Assembly (NCBI GenBank): GCA_000146045.2
Contig: BK006949.2
Span: 1 to 64,000 of the forward strand
DNA from: TPA_inf: Saccharomyces
Taxonomy: Eukaryota
DNA length: 64,000 nt
Reading direction: 5' to 3'
Below, piece after piece: positions 44,551-56,787 of this stretch. The notes beneath the pieces were generated by a model. It did not search any database and was not told where the DNA came from. It saw only the letters and a program-made list of their open reading frames with translations. Position 1 is the stretch's first letter. Each line of letters opens with the position of its first letter. Both the position numbers and the translations under genes were made by a program.

Positions 44551-46506
44551 TTACCTTCTTTTGGAAGGTTTAGTAGTCGTATCTCTTTCAATGATTCCGC
44601 CTGTATCCTCCAGACGCTCTTCCTCAAGGGTCACCTGATCTCTTCTTTCCCACCAACGGTCTTCACATAACTCAAATGACTTCGTCTTTAACTGTTTACC
44701 CTTAAGGTTTCTGTTGTTAGAAATAGACCAGGTTAAGAAATTTGCACCTTCCCTTAAGTAGAATGCTCTTAAAGTTTCGAACGGTTTTGGGTGTGGTAGC
44801 CAAGACCTTTCGTCTGGAATCTCCATCTGCGCTTGTTTGTCATCGTCGCTCTCGCTTTCCTCATCTTCATCACCTTCAAGGGGTCCTGCATCTTGTTCCT
44901 CTTCGCCGTCGTCCTCATCCTCCTCATCGTCCTCGTATTCAAACTCATCTTCGTCCGAATCTCTATCACCTAGTCTCTTTGCTTCTTCGATGGCAGATAG
45001 GTCTTCCCAGTAAACCTTGACACCATCCAACTTGTTCAAATCTATACTATAAAATGAGTTTATAGGATAATCTTTTTCGCCCAGTTCCCAGACACCACTG
45101 TAAATGAACAACGAGTCGCCCACTACACAAGTTGCTGCGTTAAATCTTGGGTGAGGTAATTGATTTGAGATGGTAATATCTTCTTGGTTGTCCAAATCAC
45201 TGTCATCTTCGTTATCTTCGTCGTCATCGATAGAGTTAGGACCCGTTGTGCTGTTGTCATCATTGTCATCGTCGTCGTCATTTAGATTAGACTTGGCCAG
45301 AATGGAATTTAGTAAATCCTGCAGTTCCTTTTCTTGATCTTTATTAGATTTTCTTTTACTTGTGGCGGGTGAATTTTTACTATTCGTTTGACGCTGAGGT
45401 TTAATTCTAAGTTTAGACCATTTGTTCAACTCTAGGTGGAACATATATAGGTCGTTATAGAAAACGGACTCTAAGGATTCCTCTGTCTCTTGTAAATCGT
45501 AGACACCACCAAAAGCAACGGACTTGTTTTGCTTCCATAGATTGAACGAATACCCGACTCTTGGTGAGGGCTGGTTCTTGAAATTCTTTAATTTTTCCCA
45601 CTGCCACTTCTTTGGATCAGGCGTTAAGTTCAGTTTCCATGCATCATTCAAGATTTTTCCCTTCATTAAATTTTTATTATTTTTGGCAATGATTTTACAG
45701 TAACCACCCATTAATATGGCAGAATTATCTGTAGGAATGAAACAATGACCCGATCTAGCGTCAGGTTTGCTGTTTGTCTCCAATTTGGTCCATTTGTAGG
45801 TTGAGATATCAAAACACCACAAATCATTTAGGTAAGAAGTTTGACCATTCCCCAAATCTCTAAATCCACCAAATAATATGAAATAGTTTTTCCAAGCAAT
45901 AATTCTATGACCTGATCTGGCGCTGGGTGAAGAGTCTCTACCGCCAAACTCCAACTTAGTGAATTTCCTTTCAACGCAGTCAAACAGCCATGTATCAGAA
46001 TAGTGGTAGAATTTAGATTGTTTTGGGGACGAAAATTCACCACCGTGTAACAGTGCTATTCCGGAAGGATGCACAGCGACAGCGGCACTGGATCTGGGCA
46101 AAGGTGCATTTTGCGAAACGTATTTTTTCCAAGAGTTGTTCTTTATGGAGTATGAATACAAATCATTATAGAAATGTGTTAGTTTGGTTTCTGGATCTGT
46201 AAATTCACCACCGAAAATGAACAATTCATGTTTATTGTGTTGCGGATTTGCAAACATCAACGGATGAGTACGACAAGAGGGTTTTTCCACAGAAGTGATG
46301 TCTACATGCTCTAATTCAATTTGCTTTTTGCTAAAGCTAGAGAGAATTTCATCGAGATCTTGATCACTTTCATCATCTTCTTCGCCGTTTAAAGACTTAT
46401 TCTTGTTCTTCTGAAACTTTTTCTCCTGCTTTTTTTGGTTTTTCTGATTCTTCAGTTCAGCACGTGCCTTTTTGGCCTCTTTATCCTTCTTATTCTTCTT
46501 TGCCAT
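44551..46506 (-). CDS. KEL3: Kelch-repeat cytoplasmic protein with a Lys-rich N-terminus and long Asp/Glu-rich tracts, 651 aa
   Basis: Kelch beta-propeller repeats (GG...W...Y signatures), with D/E-rich low complexity in the middle and at the C-terminus. Confidence 0.85.
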
Positions 46507-46581
46507 TAATCACTTCTACGAGTCTAGTAGATCTCTTCTCCTTCCTATAAGTGGTTAATGTATTCTTCGAGAAGCTCATCA

Positions 46582-46610
46582 TTTTTTTTTTTCATTTTTT
46601 TTTTTTTTTT
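46582..46610. promoter_or_regulatory. Poly(dA:dT) tracts (T11 and T16) in the KEL3 promoter
   Basis: Homopolymer runs at 46582-46592 and 46595-46610, about 75-105 bp upstream of the KEL3 ATG. This is the typical nucleosome-excluding promoter element. Confidence 0.6.
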
Positions 46611-47335
46611 CAGTTTTCTACAATTTCATCAAATCAATGGTTAAACCGGGCAGAAAAACTACCAAGCGTTACTTTTACTGATGTTAGTACTACTACCGCA
46701 GTTATTGCGACTACTACATTAACTATAACTATACAAGAAAAAAAGTAAAGAGGGCTCGTAAAGCAAAGCTTGGTATCTCCTACATAGTCAATACATAGTA
46801 GTGAGTCGCCTATAGCCATTCTGTAATGCCATTTGTTAAGACGTGTCCTTAAACCCTTCCGAATCGCCGCGGGCGACATCATAATGTCAGTACCTAATAA
46901 TGGTTATTATTCGTACCCTGTGGTTAGAGAGCTATGGAAGCTAGCAGTAAATGTCTCTAGTTCTTGCTATCACTACCATATTGGAGAGGCTTCAGGCCCC
47001 TCCCCTGAGCCGATCCTCGGAATGACTACCCCGATTCCCGGAATGGGCGTTCGATGATTGGCTCTTTCCTGTAAAGCCTTTTTGCGTTTCTTATAGGCTA
47101 TATATAATCTTCATCACTGTTGTAGACGTTAAACAAGCATCCAACAGGAGGCCGGACCGAACACACGGGGGAGTGACTCTAGCTCTTTCTTCTGGGATAT
47201 TCATATCGTTTCTCCATTACATACAGTCATTTTTTTGCATTTTTAAATTCGTGACTTTTAGTACTGCAGCTGTTTTTTTTCTCACGTCAAGAAATTCCAT
47301 AAAGTCTAACTATTAAACGGATAAGAGATACAATC

Positions 47336-48802
47336 ATGTTGAGATTTACCAATTGTAGTTGCAAGACTTTCGTAAAATCGTCATATAAGCTTAATATAAG
47401 AAGAATGAACTCCTCGTTCAGAACTGAAACCGATGCATTTGGTGAGATACACGTGCCTGCTGATAAGTACTGGGGTGCCCAAACTCAAAGATCCTTTCAA
47501 AACTTCAAGATTGGTGGCGCTCGTGAAAGAATGCCATTGCCTTTGGTGCATGCATTTGGTGTTTTGAAGAAATCTGCCGCGATTGTGAATGAGTCTCTGG
47601 GGGGATTGGATCCCAAGATCTCCAAGGCTATTCAACAGGCCGCTGACGAAGTGGCTTCTGGTAAGCTAGACGACCACTTTCCATTGGTTGTTTTCCAAAC
47701 GGGTTCCGGTACCCAGTCTAACATGAATGCTAATGAAGTTATTTCCAATCGTGCCATTGAGATCCTAGGAGGCAAGATTGGATCTAAACAAGTCCATCCA
47801 AACAATCATTGCAACCAATCTCAATCATCCAATGATACTTTCCCCACTGTCATGCATATCGCTGCCAGTTTGCAAATTCAAAACGAGTTGATACCTGAGT
47901 TGACCAATTTAAAGAACGCCCTTGAAGCCAAATCCAAGGAATTTGACCATATTGTGAAGATCGGTAGAACACACTTGCAAGATGCCACGCCTTTGACACT
48001 AGGTCAAGAGTTTTCCGGTTACGTGCAACAAGTTGAGAACGGTATCCAAAGAGTGGCACATTCTTTGAAAACATTGAGTTTCCTGGCACAAGGTGGTACT
48101 GCCGTTGGTACAGGGTTGAACACCAAGCCCGGATTCGATGTCAAGATAGCCGAGCAAATTTCCAAAGAAACTGGACTAAAGTTTCAAACCGCCCCTAATA
48201 AGTTCGAGGCTTTGGCTGCTCACGACGCCATTGTCGAATGTAGCGGTGCTCTAAACACCCTTGCTTGTTCTCTTTTCAAAATAGCGCAAGATATAAGATA
48301 CTTAGGGTCCGGGCCACGTTGCGGCTACCATGAACTAATGCTGCCAGAGAATGAACCAGGTTCCTCAATCATGCCTGGTAAAGTTAACCCAACCCAAAAC
48401 GAGGCATTGACTCAAGTGTGTGTGCAAGTCATGGGTAACAATGCAGCTATCACGTTTGCCGGCTCTCAAGGTCAATTCGAGTTAAATGTCTTCAAGCCAG
48501 TCATGATCGCCAATCTATTGAATTCGATCAGGTTAATTACTGATGCCGCATATTCATTTAGAGTGCACTGTGTTGAAGGTATCAAAGCCAATGAGCCTCG
48601 TATTCATGAGTTGTTGACTAAATCTTTAATGTTAGTCACCGCTTTGAACCCTAAGATCGGTTATGATGCCGCTTCCAAGGTCGCCAAGAATGCTCATAAG
48701 AAGGGCATTACCTTGAAGGAAAGTGCATTGGAATTGGGTGTATTGACTGAAAAGGAATTTGATGAATGGGTTGTTCCTGAACACATGCTAGGTCCTAAAT
48801 AA
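47336..48802 (+). CDS. FUM1: Fumarate hydratase (class II fumarase), mitochondrial/cytosolic, 488 aa
   Basis: [13 protein letters not shown] fumarase signature, with an N-terminal mitochondrial presequence. Confidence 0.92.
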   Translation: MLRFTNCSCKTFVKSSYKLNIRRMNSSFRTETDAFGEIHVPADKYWGAQTQRSFQNFKIGGARERMPLPLVHAFGVLKKSAAIVNESLGGLDPKISKAIQQAADEVASGKLDDHFPLVVFQTGSGTQSNMNANEVISNRAIEILGGKIGSKQVHPNNHCNQSQSSNDTFPTVMHIAASLQIQNELIPELTNLKNALEAKSKEFDHIVKIGRTHLQDATPLTLGQEFSGYVQQVENGIQRVAHSLKTLSFLAQGGTAVGTGLNTKPGFDVKIAEQISKETGLKFQTAPNKFEALAAHDAIVECSGALNTLACSLFKIAQDIRYLGSGPRCGYHELMLPENEPGSSIMPGKVNPTQNEALTQVCVQVMGNNAAITFAGSQGQFELNVFKPVMIANLLNSIRLITDAAYSFRVHCVEGIKANEPRIHELLTKSLMLVTALNPKIGYDAASKVAKNAHKKGITLKESALELGVLTEKEFDEWVVPEHMLGPK

Positions 48803-48995
48803 ACGAGCTAAATACCTAATAATATACAAGTTTTTTATGTCTTATTATATGAAGGAAAATAAGGAAGTGGAGAGAATTTGTGATTCAGCAATGGTCCCTC
48901 CGCTAAGGTCCCGCCTCTGGCCAGTTATGTCAGAAGAGGAGCATAGGCATACATTCCATTTTTGATGGCTTAATGGGGCCCATAAATTTACATCA

Positions 48996-49304
48996 CTACA
49001 TTATTATTCCTATACAAGTTATAATAAAATAGTTCATAAATGAATATTTTGCGTCATTTTTTAATTTCTTGTCGTCGGGTAAGGGACCTAGTATTACCCG
49101 CATCACGGAAAGGGGAATTTTCAGAAATGATAACGAATAAGAGAGTACACCAGAAGAGCAAATCTCTTTAAGAAGTTTAGCAGCAAATATCGGTTTAAAA
49201 ACAAACAAAAGCAAAGGAAAAGAACTACTAAATCTTCGAGGACTTTCCCAATTTTTAAAACGCTGAAATTGTATTAGAAGAGAATAACTGTCTAAAAAGA
49301 GCAT
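48996..49304 (-). CDS. Dubious 102-aa ORF overlapping the CUB1 start (YPL261C-like)
   Basis: Low-complexity hydrophobic product antisense to the CUB1 5' end; unlikely to be functional. Confidence 0.25.
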   Translation of the reverse strand: MLFLDSYSLLIQFQRFKNWESPRRFSSSFPLLLFVFKPIFAAKLLKEICSSGVLSYSLSFLKIPLSVMRVILGPLPDDKKLKNDAKYSFMNYFIITCIGIIM

Positions 49305-50958
49305 GTTTGCATCCGCTGGACAACAACACCCTCAAATTGTTCCTAAGGAAGAGGAATCCATATTAAACTACCTCCTTGAAGTGAGATCCTCCTTGGCTAA
49401 ACTCAAGCAAAATAGGACCCAGTATTTGAACTCTAAGGATGTCCAAACTACTTACCAACACGTCTTGACCAAAGTCAGAGAGTTGGACGATATTAGGAAG
49501 AATAGTCATGAGACGCCCGCTAAGAGCGCCGCCACCCTGATTCATAGTACTGAATTGCATAATAGAGTTGACTCCGTACTGGATGATGTCTTTCAATTGC
49601 TCTCGTTGTGTTTTTTAACTGTTGGGCTAAAAAATTCTGCACCTGCGACTTATGCATCGTTATCTACTGTGGAGAGTCTTTTGGAACATTTAAATGAATC
49701 AAACGTCTTCACCCATCACGATTTGAGTCCTATTAAGGAAAGGCTGGAAGAAATCAGCAAGATTGTCGAACAAAAAAACTCTAGTCCTGCGTACGATGAG
49801 GATGGAAATGATGACCGATTAAGGGAAATCGACAACGAAAGGAAAAAGAATAAAATTGAGGAAGACCTATTACTACGTGCTAAATTAAAGCATTGCAAGG
49901 ACGAATATGATATATTGGAAGGCAAATTGGAGGAAATTGATCCGTCTTTGTCTACTGTAATGGAAAAGTTATTCCGAATTAGAAGAGGTTTATTGTCATT
50001 AGTTGCATCTGCTAAAAAAACAATGTCTAAATCTGATATTAATACCAACTCTTTATTGCAGGAACAAAATGATTTGCAAACGAACAATGAAAGCTTAACG
50101 GATGACAAACATTTAGTATCTCAAGAGTATGTCCATGAGAAATTATCAGTTTTGAAGAACGAATTAAGTGAATTAGAATCTAATCGTGACGATTCTGGTA
50201 AATTCAAGTCCTTGGAGTCTCATCAGGTGGCAGAAAAAGGCCAAAGTGTCCTTAATGGTTTATTGGATGATTGCCATGATTTAGTTAACGATTTATCACA
50301 CCAAAAAAATGGCGGGTTGACTTTAGATCCATATTTACAGCCAATATATGAACAGCTGATTGATATAAAGACTACCTTAGAAAATTTAATGATCACAAGA
50401 AGATGGACTTTGAGAGAAACCGATTTATTTTCTTACCAAAAAAAATTGAACGAAATTGATAACAAAAGAATCAATGGTAAGTTTCCAACAAAATCTCAGG
50501 ACTCAAAGGGGCAATCAATACTTTTATACCTGTTGCGTAGATGTTATGCCATAATTTATAAACTGTTGGAAAGTTCAGAGCCCGTATCTGAAGCGTTGCA
50601 GCCAATTCACAATCAACTATCTACAGTTCGTCGTTGCCTATTAGAATTGAAAAGAATGGGAGGTGTGAATAATGAAAGAGAGTTATACCCTTATCAAATG
50701 AAATTGGCTTCATTGGACAACCTGAGAACTGAAGGTATATTCTATGACTCTGATGGCAATATACCTGAAGGCCAAGGTATATTGAATGCTTTATTAGCAG
50801 AATGTTTTGATATCTTGCATGAATTAAAAGTGGAAGCCGAGGAAAAAGCACAGAACTCTACTTCAAGTGATGGTTCTGACGACGATGACAACGGAGAATC
50901 AGGCATAGACTCGAACTCAAACGACAGCGAGCCTGAATCTGAATATCAACAGGAATAG
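49303..50958 (+). CDS. CUB1: Conserved fungal protein of unknown function with an acidic Ser/Asp-rich C-terminus, 551 aa (YPL260W)
   Basis: Long ORF with internally repeated LNxLLxxC...L modules. Confidence 0.8.
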   Translation: MFASAGQQHPQIVPKEEESILNYLLEVRSSLAKLKQNRTQYLNSKDVQTTYQHVLTKVRELDDIRKNSHETPAKSAATLIHSTELHNRVDSVLDDVFQLLSLCFLTVGLKNSAPATYASLSTVESLLEHLNESNVFTHHDLSPIKERLEEISKIVEQKNSSPAYDEDGNDDRLREIDNERKKNKIEEDLLLRAKLKHCKDEYDILEGKLEEIDPSLSTVMEKLFRIRRGLLSLVASAKKTMSKSDINTNSLLQEQNDLQTNNESLTDDKHLVSQEYVHEKLSVLKNELSELESNRDDSGKFKSLESHQVAEKGQSVLNGLLDDCHDLVNDLSHQKNGGLTLDPYLQPIYEQLIDIKTTLENLMITRRWTLRETDLFSYQKKLNEIDNKRINGKFPTKSQDSKGQSILLYLLRRCYAIIYKLLESSEPVSEALQPIHNQLSTVRRCLLELKRMGGVNNERELYPYQMKLASLDNLRTEGIFYDSDGNIPEGQGILNALLAECFDILHELKVEAEEKAQNSTSSDGSDDDDNGESGIDSNSNDSEPESEYQQE

Positions 50959-51243
50959 AGGAGAGTGTTTCTTTATCTTCCATTTCTCCCTATTTTCTTG
51001 GTAGAGGAAAACATTATAAACAATAAAATGAAATACAGAAAGAAAAAAAGTTATTCTCTTATGTCTATGTATATAACAAACCCTGAATGAGCATCTATAT
51101 AAAAACAAAAATATATAAACAACTTTATGTCATTATCATAATTGTCAATGGGAGGGGGGAGAAAAAGAGGAATAAGGACATACGTACCCTGTGTCTTTGT
51201 CCATGCACCGTAGAAATTGCTTTTTTTATATATTTTTCAGACA

Positions 51244-52671
51244 TTACGTCAGCCTTATTGTATAATCATCACCACTTTGCGTGATATATCTTACCCATGG
51301 GTAACTCTTATACTGCAATTTGGGTTCGTTAATTTTAAGATAACGTACTTGAATACCTGAAGTAGTAAAGTAGGGTATTTGAAATTTGATTTGGACAGGT
51401 CCCTTCAAGATTTCCGCGTTACTTTTTGGCATTGTTCTATTGCCATCCTCGTTATTTGATATTGAAGGCAGTCCCAATTCGGCAGACATTGAGTACTCTT
51501 TACCACCGGGAAAACTTCTTATTTTCCATAAGATTGCACTTTTTTCAGGGACATACTTTAGAGACCCGTGTGAATATTTAAAAGTCGGTGTATCCGCGTC
51601 GTCCGGGACCGGTATCAATATCTCTACATTAGTTGCAGTAGATTTTCTTTTAATTTGGGCCTTGGCCTTACAGTGAATTTCAATTCTAGAATTCGAATGA
51701 ACTTGAACGTTTACATCACACCAAATTAACGGTTTTATCGTAGTAGATAGTCTGTAGTTCATTAAATCGAACTTTCCATCAGGAGGTATAAACGTTATAA
51801 TTTTTTCATTCTCGAATTTGCTTAATCGGACACATTGATGAAATTTCAAATCTTCCAATTCAATATTAACTTTCTTCTTGTTTGTGGCCGATGATGATGT
51901 TATTGATGGTTTTTTATCAGTTTCTGTGTTATTATCGGATGTTGTCGCGCTCGCTGATGGGATATTTGTATCATCATCCAAATATTTGGAGAAAATGCCT
52001 TTATCATTAATACCTAATTTCAGATCAGGCATACCAGACAATTTTGAGTTAACCTTAACATCGCCGATAATTTCTGATCTCAAAACTTGACCTTTTTGAG
52101 TCATGAGCATATTAATAGATTCGACGATATCCAGAAAGGCTTCATTTTTCTTGTGAGTGATGCCTTCTGGCCTCCAACTGACTGAATTTGTTAGTGCGAC
52201 GGGTGGTCTAGTAGCATTCCTCTTCTTCTTGGCGGATTTAACTAGTTTGAAGGATTTTTGTGTTATGTACTGTTTCAGCATCTTAGTTTCTGTGATCTGT
52301 GGTATACCATAATCCATCACTTCGTCCAGTAATTCATATATTATAACAAAATTATCTCTAATAGATTCTTCTTCAACGGTTTTTAAGTAGTCACTTAATA
52401 CCTCCACTAATTTGTGCAAAAAAGTAAAAATGGCAGCCGCATTGGCACTAAGAGAAGTCACAATTGCCACCACGTATAGATCGTTATGCTGTATAAATAG
52501 ATATTCCAGACCATTGTGGTTCAAACATGGAGGAATCAGATTTGATTGTTCCTCTAAATCCGAGAGTAATATAGGGAATTTGTCAATTGCAGAAAGCGGA
52601 ATATCATCTCTATACCTTCTTGATAGGAGTGGTTTCCCATTATGATCGCAAAAATACACTGCAGAAGCCAT
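51244..52671 (-). CDS. APM1: AP-1 clathrin adaptor medium (mu1) subunit, 475 aa
   Basis: MASAVYFCDHNGKPLLSRRYRDDIP... with a mu-homology domain. Start taken at the conserved Met (the ORF opens 5 codons earlier). Confidence 0.88.
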   Translation of the reverse strand: MASAVYFCDHNGKPLLSRRYRDDIPLSAIDKFPILLSDLEEQSNLIPPCLNHNGLEYLFIQHNDLYVVAIVTSLSANAAAIFTFLHKLVEVLSDYLKTVEEESIRDNFVIIYELLDEVMDYGIPQITETKMLKQYITQKSFKLVKSAKKKRNATRPPVALTNSVSWRPEGITHKKNEAFLDIVESINMLMTQKGQVLRSEIIGDVKVNSKLSGMPDLKLGINDKGIFSKYLDDDTNIPSASATTSDNNTETDKKPSITSSSATNKKKVNIELEDLKFHQCVRLSKFENEKIITFIPPDGKFDLMNYRLSTTIKPLIWCDVNVQVHSNSRIEIHCKAKAQIKRKSTATNVEILIPVPDDADTPTFKYSHGSLKYVPEKSAILWKIRSFPGGKEYSMSAELGLPSISNNEDGNRTMPKSNAEILKGPVQIKFQIPYFTTSGIQVRYLKINEPKLQYKSYPWVRYITQSGDDYTIRLT

Positions 52672-53497
52672 TCTGTGTCCCTCCAAGTTCGTAATTTACA
52701 ATTTTCAAAAATACTCCTATATTTAATTGTACGACTTAGTTTCTCTATATGCTTTTTTTTGTTCAGCCCACTTTCCGTTTAACTCTTAATTTTTCATCGT
52801 CTAGCAATATTTCAATACGTTCAATTAACATCGCTATCAACGACTTTCAAAGACTATTATCATAATTAGAGATACCCTTTCTCGCTTAGTTGAAGTTACG
52901 TCTAATGATGGCTATAGTATATCGAGCGTATTTTATACCATTGAAATATCTTCATCTTTATTACATAACTATTATAGATCCATAGCAGTCCTATTGATAG
53001 TATGCAGTAATTTTAGCGCATAGAAAACGTTTATATTGGGTCGAATGCTCAATTATTTTCAGATGGAGGAATACCTTGAAGAAAATATATATATATAAAG
53101 ACGCACTATTCAAATAATCATCAGTGCCAACATTAACTGTTTCCCTAAGATGCGTTCAGTTGTGATTCTTTTTTTTTTATGTCGCAACTGTCTGTCGTAG
53201 TTCTGTCAGCTAATGTTACGAGAATGTCCAACTGCAGTGTTAGGTTTCTGAAAGATGAGAAAGTTTCTGCCGGATAAGTTATCAACGAAATTATGGTGAA
53301 TACTTGAGGTATGTGACTAGGATGGTAGCGCCGCTAGAACGCCAAAATCAGAACGAAGATTTTGGTTTCTGCCGAACAATTTTTACTATATTAATAAAAA
53401 TGAAGGAACATTCTTAAATTATTGACACCTATTTTTGCATAATTCATTATTTCTACGTATAACTTTTTGTATATTTTGTAAAAATCGATGTGTCTAT

Positions 53498-55153
53498 TCA
53501 TTCATATTCTAGAGCGGCGGTCCAGAAGTTAGCTTCCAATTCACAAACTTCAGCATATATTGTGACCAGTGTATCAAGTTTTTCTGGAGGGTATGTTTCC
53601 AAGATGTGATTCAACAGCTTTTCGCCTTCAAGCATAGCTTCGTGGCACCATGACGATGAGTAAGTTTCACACCATTCACGGTAAACGGAGCCTTCTGCTG
53701 CAGTTACTTCATCCTTGATCTTGGTCAAAGCGTGAACATAGCCCATTAAGCAAGGATTAAGAGCTATAACTAACTCCTGCCAGTTACCTCTTCTGGAAAC
53801 ATCATTAAAGTAACGACAGTAAGCCCTTAATGCAGGACCTCTTTGAATCTTTTGTAAGTAGTCGGGATCCTTAATTCCAAATTCCTCCCTTAATCTCCTT
53901 TCATGTTGGCAAAGCCCATTACGAACGCATTCGACAATAACTAGCTCTTTCTCCAGGTCTTCAAGACACGGGGATTTACTACCCGCGATGCAGGAAATCC
54001 TGGCATAATTGACTAAGTACAGGTAATCTTGTTCGATAAAAAATTGGAACTTCTTAGGCTCTAAGGAACCGTCTGCTACTTTTCTAACAAAATCATGGTT
54101 CACATAGGAGTCCCAGTGGGGCTTAACTTTAGGGTGATTTATCAGATATTTATAGAAACTTCCTCCAGGGATTTTGTTAAGAGAACTTTTGACTGGCTTT
54201 TTGTGTACGGCATCTGATGCAGTGAAACATTCGTCACTGAGCATTTTTTCTAATGGAATTTCGATGGCGTAGACATGATTAATTGGCCCGTTGTCCTTAA
54301 CAGTCTCTTTCGTGACATCGCAGCCAATGGCCACCGCATTTTGGACGTACTCAATACCGCCATAAACGGATTGGGGAAGGGAATAACCGCGAGCCAAATT
54401 TGATGCAATGGCGGAAGCTAGGGTGCACCCGGTACCATGAGTGTGGGTTGTATTAACAAAATTACCCTTGAAGGTTATAAACCTTTGTTCGGCCCCTAAG
54501 TAAAGGACATCAGTGATGTACTTTCCTTCTTCATCATTCCATGGAATGTGACCACCTTTAACCAAAATATTGGAACACTTGGTGATTTTGGCAAGGTCTT
54601 TTGCGACTTCGAAAATGTCTCGCAATTTGCTTATTTCTCTGTCTTCACCTAACAGTTTGAAACACTCCGGAATGTTAGGAGTCAAAATGTCAGCAAAAGG
54701 TGCGATTTTCTCCGTAATTAAACTGGCTATATCCTTTCCAGCTAAAGAAGAGCCTGAAGTAGCAACAAGGACTGGGTCAACTACTAGCTTAGGTCTATTT
54801 TCGCCGAGCTGCAGCAGTTTTTCGTGCAAAACCTCGATAGCAGCTGTCGTAAGCATGCCAGTCTTGATGACGTCACATTTCATGTCTTGTAAATTGGCGT
54901 CCAAAATTTGGGAAACTACTTCCTTTGGCGTGTTATTAATGCTGTATACTTTAACTGGAGTTTGAGCATTCAAAGCAGTGATGCATGTCATAGCATAGCA
55001 TCTGTGTGCAGTGATAGTTTTCACATCTGCTTCAACACCAGCACCACCGCTTGGATCTGTTCCAGCAATAGACAAAACTGTGGGTAATTTTTCATTGCTG
55101 GCCAAAGCGAGATATGGTGGAGGTGTATTAATATTAACTGTAGAATAGGTCAT
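53498..55153 (-). CDS. THI21: Bifunctional HMP/HMP-P kinase (ThiD) with a C-terminal TenA-like thiaminase II domain, 551 aa
   Basis: ThiD kinase N-terminal domain (SIAGTDPSGGAGVEADVKT) and a TenA/THI-4 C-terminal domain, characteristic of the THI20/21 family. Start taken at MTYSTVNINTPPPYLALA. Confidence 0.88.
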   Translation of the reverse strand: MTYSTVNINTPPPYLALASNEKLPTVLSIAGTDPSGGAGVEADVKTITAHRCYAMTCITALNAQTPVKVYSINNTPKEVVSQILDANLQDMKCDVIKTGMLTTAAIEVLHEKLLQLGENRPKLVVDPVLVATSGSSLAGKDIASLITEKIAPFADILTPNIPECFKLLGEDREISKLRDIFEVAKDLAKITKCSNILVKGGHIPWNDEEGKYITDVLYLGAEQRFITFKGNFVNTTHTHGTGCTLASAIASNLARGYSLPQSVYGGIEYVQNAVAIGCDVTKETVKDNGPINHVYAIEIPLEKMLSDECFTASDAVHKKPVKSSLNKIPGGSFYKYLINHPKVKPHWDSYVNHDFVRKVADGSLEPKKFQFFIEQDYLYLVNYARISCIAGSKSPCLEDLEKELVIVECVRNGLCQHERRLREEFGIKDPDYLQKIQRGPALRAYCRYFNDVSRRGNWQELVIALNPCLMGYVHALTKIKDEVTAAEGSVYREWCETYSSSWCHEAMLEGEKLLNHILETYPPEKLDTLVTIYAEVCELEANFWTAALEYE

Positions 55154-56168
55154 TGTGGCAAGACAGTTGCTTTCCTTATGTATATTTCCTAACGTGATCA
55201 GATTTGGAAGAATAAATAATGATGCAAACAACAGGTGCTGCGTCTAACTTTGTATAGTTTGGCTAGTGCCTATAAATAAGAGCATTTCTCTTGCCAGATG
55301 GAGTAGCTCTAAGGGTTTCCAATATTCAGTCTGGATGCATCGATCTATCAGAAAAGAGAAGCTATACATATACGTATCATTAAAGAAATACGAGATCGCG
55401 AAGTGAGAACAGACCTGGCAGTTACTAAAAAATCGCGTGCACTTTCATGGTGTGTTACTATGGTACTTCGTGTGTATATGCAAATATGGGAAGCGGACTC
55501 TAAGTCGGTAATAAAATGATGAAAATCGCGTTTCTTGTAAAACAAAAGCGATTTACTTTATTTTTGGTTACCTTCATTGTTCTTTCGGATATTTGAGGAC
55601 ATTCATAGCATTTTCATGATAGTTCTGGAAATTTTATAGGCTAGTGAAATTTATACAGCAACTTCTTGGGAGTGCGTTGTTGTTAAAGGCTATAATATTG
55701 AGCATAAAGAATATACTATAAGTTATTCTCGAGAATATTCGAATCCACAAAGGTAATCGATAATTCTATATAACAATATCACATCTTCTTTTTCGTATTG
55801 TATTTTGTCGCTCATTATCCCATTACACTATAAATCCTTTCGTTTCAGCTTTCATTAAACCTGCTGTGAGCGATGATAAAAGGGACGGTTTATCATTTCT
55901 TCACTCTTCTAAACAGGGTAAAGTAATTCAAACACAGAGAAACTGTACGTTTGTATATCATATATTTGTTTTGGACAGTTGTTACAGTTGCCCGTGAAGG
56001 TAGCAATGAACCTCCCCTTGTTTTAACAAATTTGTTATACCAGCGAACGATGGATGATTGTTGAGCTTGATGCGATAATGTTAAATGCTACTCTTGAAGC
56101 TGAGTGTCCGCTGTGATGATGATAGCGGATAGCGTCCCATATAATGAGAGATGGGGAAAAAAATTAAT

Positions 56169-56274
56169 TGAAACGGACAGGAATTGAACCTGCAACCCTT
56201 CGATTGCAATCTTATTCCGTGGAATTTCCAAGATTTAATTGGAGTCGAAAGCTCTACCATTGAGCCACCGCTTC
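56169..56274 (-). tRNA. tW(CCA): tRNA-Trp (anticodon CCA) with a 34-nt intron
   Basis: The reverse complement reads GAAGCGGTGGCTCAATGGTAGAGCTTTCGACTCCAA[intron]ATCGAAGGGTTGCAGGTTCAATTCCTGTCCGTTTCA, with the GGTTCAATTCC box B present. Confidence 0.9.
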
Positions 56275-56356
56275 AACTATTGTTGAAAGTGTTGTATCTC
56301 AAAATGGGATACGTCAGTATGACAATACGTCATTCTAAACGTTCATAAAACACATA

Positions 56357-56451
56357 TGTTGGAATAAAAATCAACTATCGACCATCACGTAGTAGTCATA
56401 CTACCAATTGTTGGAATAAAAATCAACTATCGTCTATCAACTAATAGTTAT
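56357..56451 (+). repeat. Two tandem 5'-truncated Ty1 delta LTR fragments (about 52 bp and 43 bp)
   Basis: Both start TGTTGGAATAAAAATCAACTATCG, the delta 5' terminus, and break off after about 45-50 bp. Confidence 0.75.
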
Positions 56452-56787
56452 TGTTGGAATAGAAATCAACTATCATCTACTAACTAGTATTTACATTACT
56501 AGTATATTATCATATACGGTGTTAGAAGATGACGCAAATGATGAGAAATAGTCATCTAAATTAGTGGAAGCTGAAACGCAAGGATTGATAATGTAATAGG
56601 ATCAATGAATATAAACATATAAAACGGAATGAGGAATAATCGTAATATTAGTATGTAGAAATATAGATTCCATTTTGAGGATTCCTATATCCTCGAGGAG
56701 AACTTCTAGTATATTCTGTATACCTAATATTATAGCCTTTATCAACAATGGAATCCCAACAATTATCTCAACATTCACCCATTTCTC
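56452..56787 (+). repeat. Ty1 5' LTR (delta)
   Basis: TGTTGGAATAGAAATCAACTATC...CATTTCTCA, nearly identical to the 3' LTR. Confidence 0.9.

Noticed and set aside
44742-45020. 92-aa Pro/Arg/His-rich ORF
   Set aside because: It is the antisense reading of the KEL3 Asp/Glu codon repeats.
49716-50108. 130-aa Ser/Leu-rich ORF
   Set aside because: It is antisense to CUB1 and low complexity.
54570-54965. 131-aa plus-strand ORF
   Set aside because: It is antisense to the THI21 ThiD domain.
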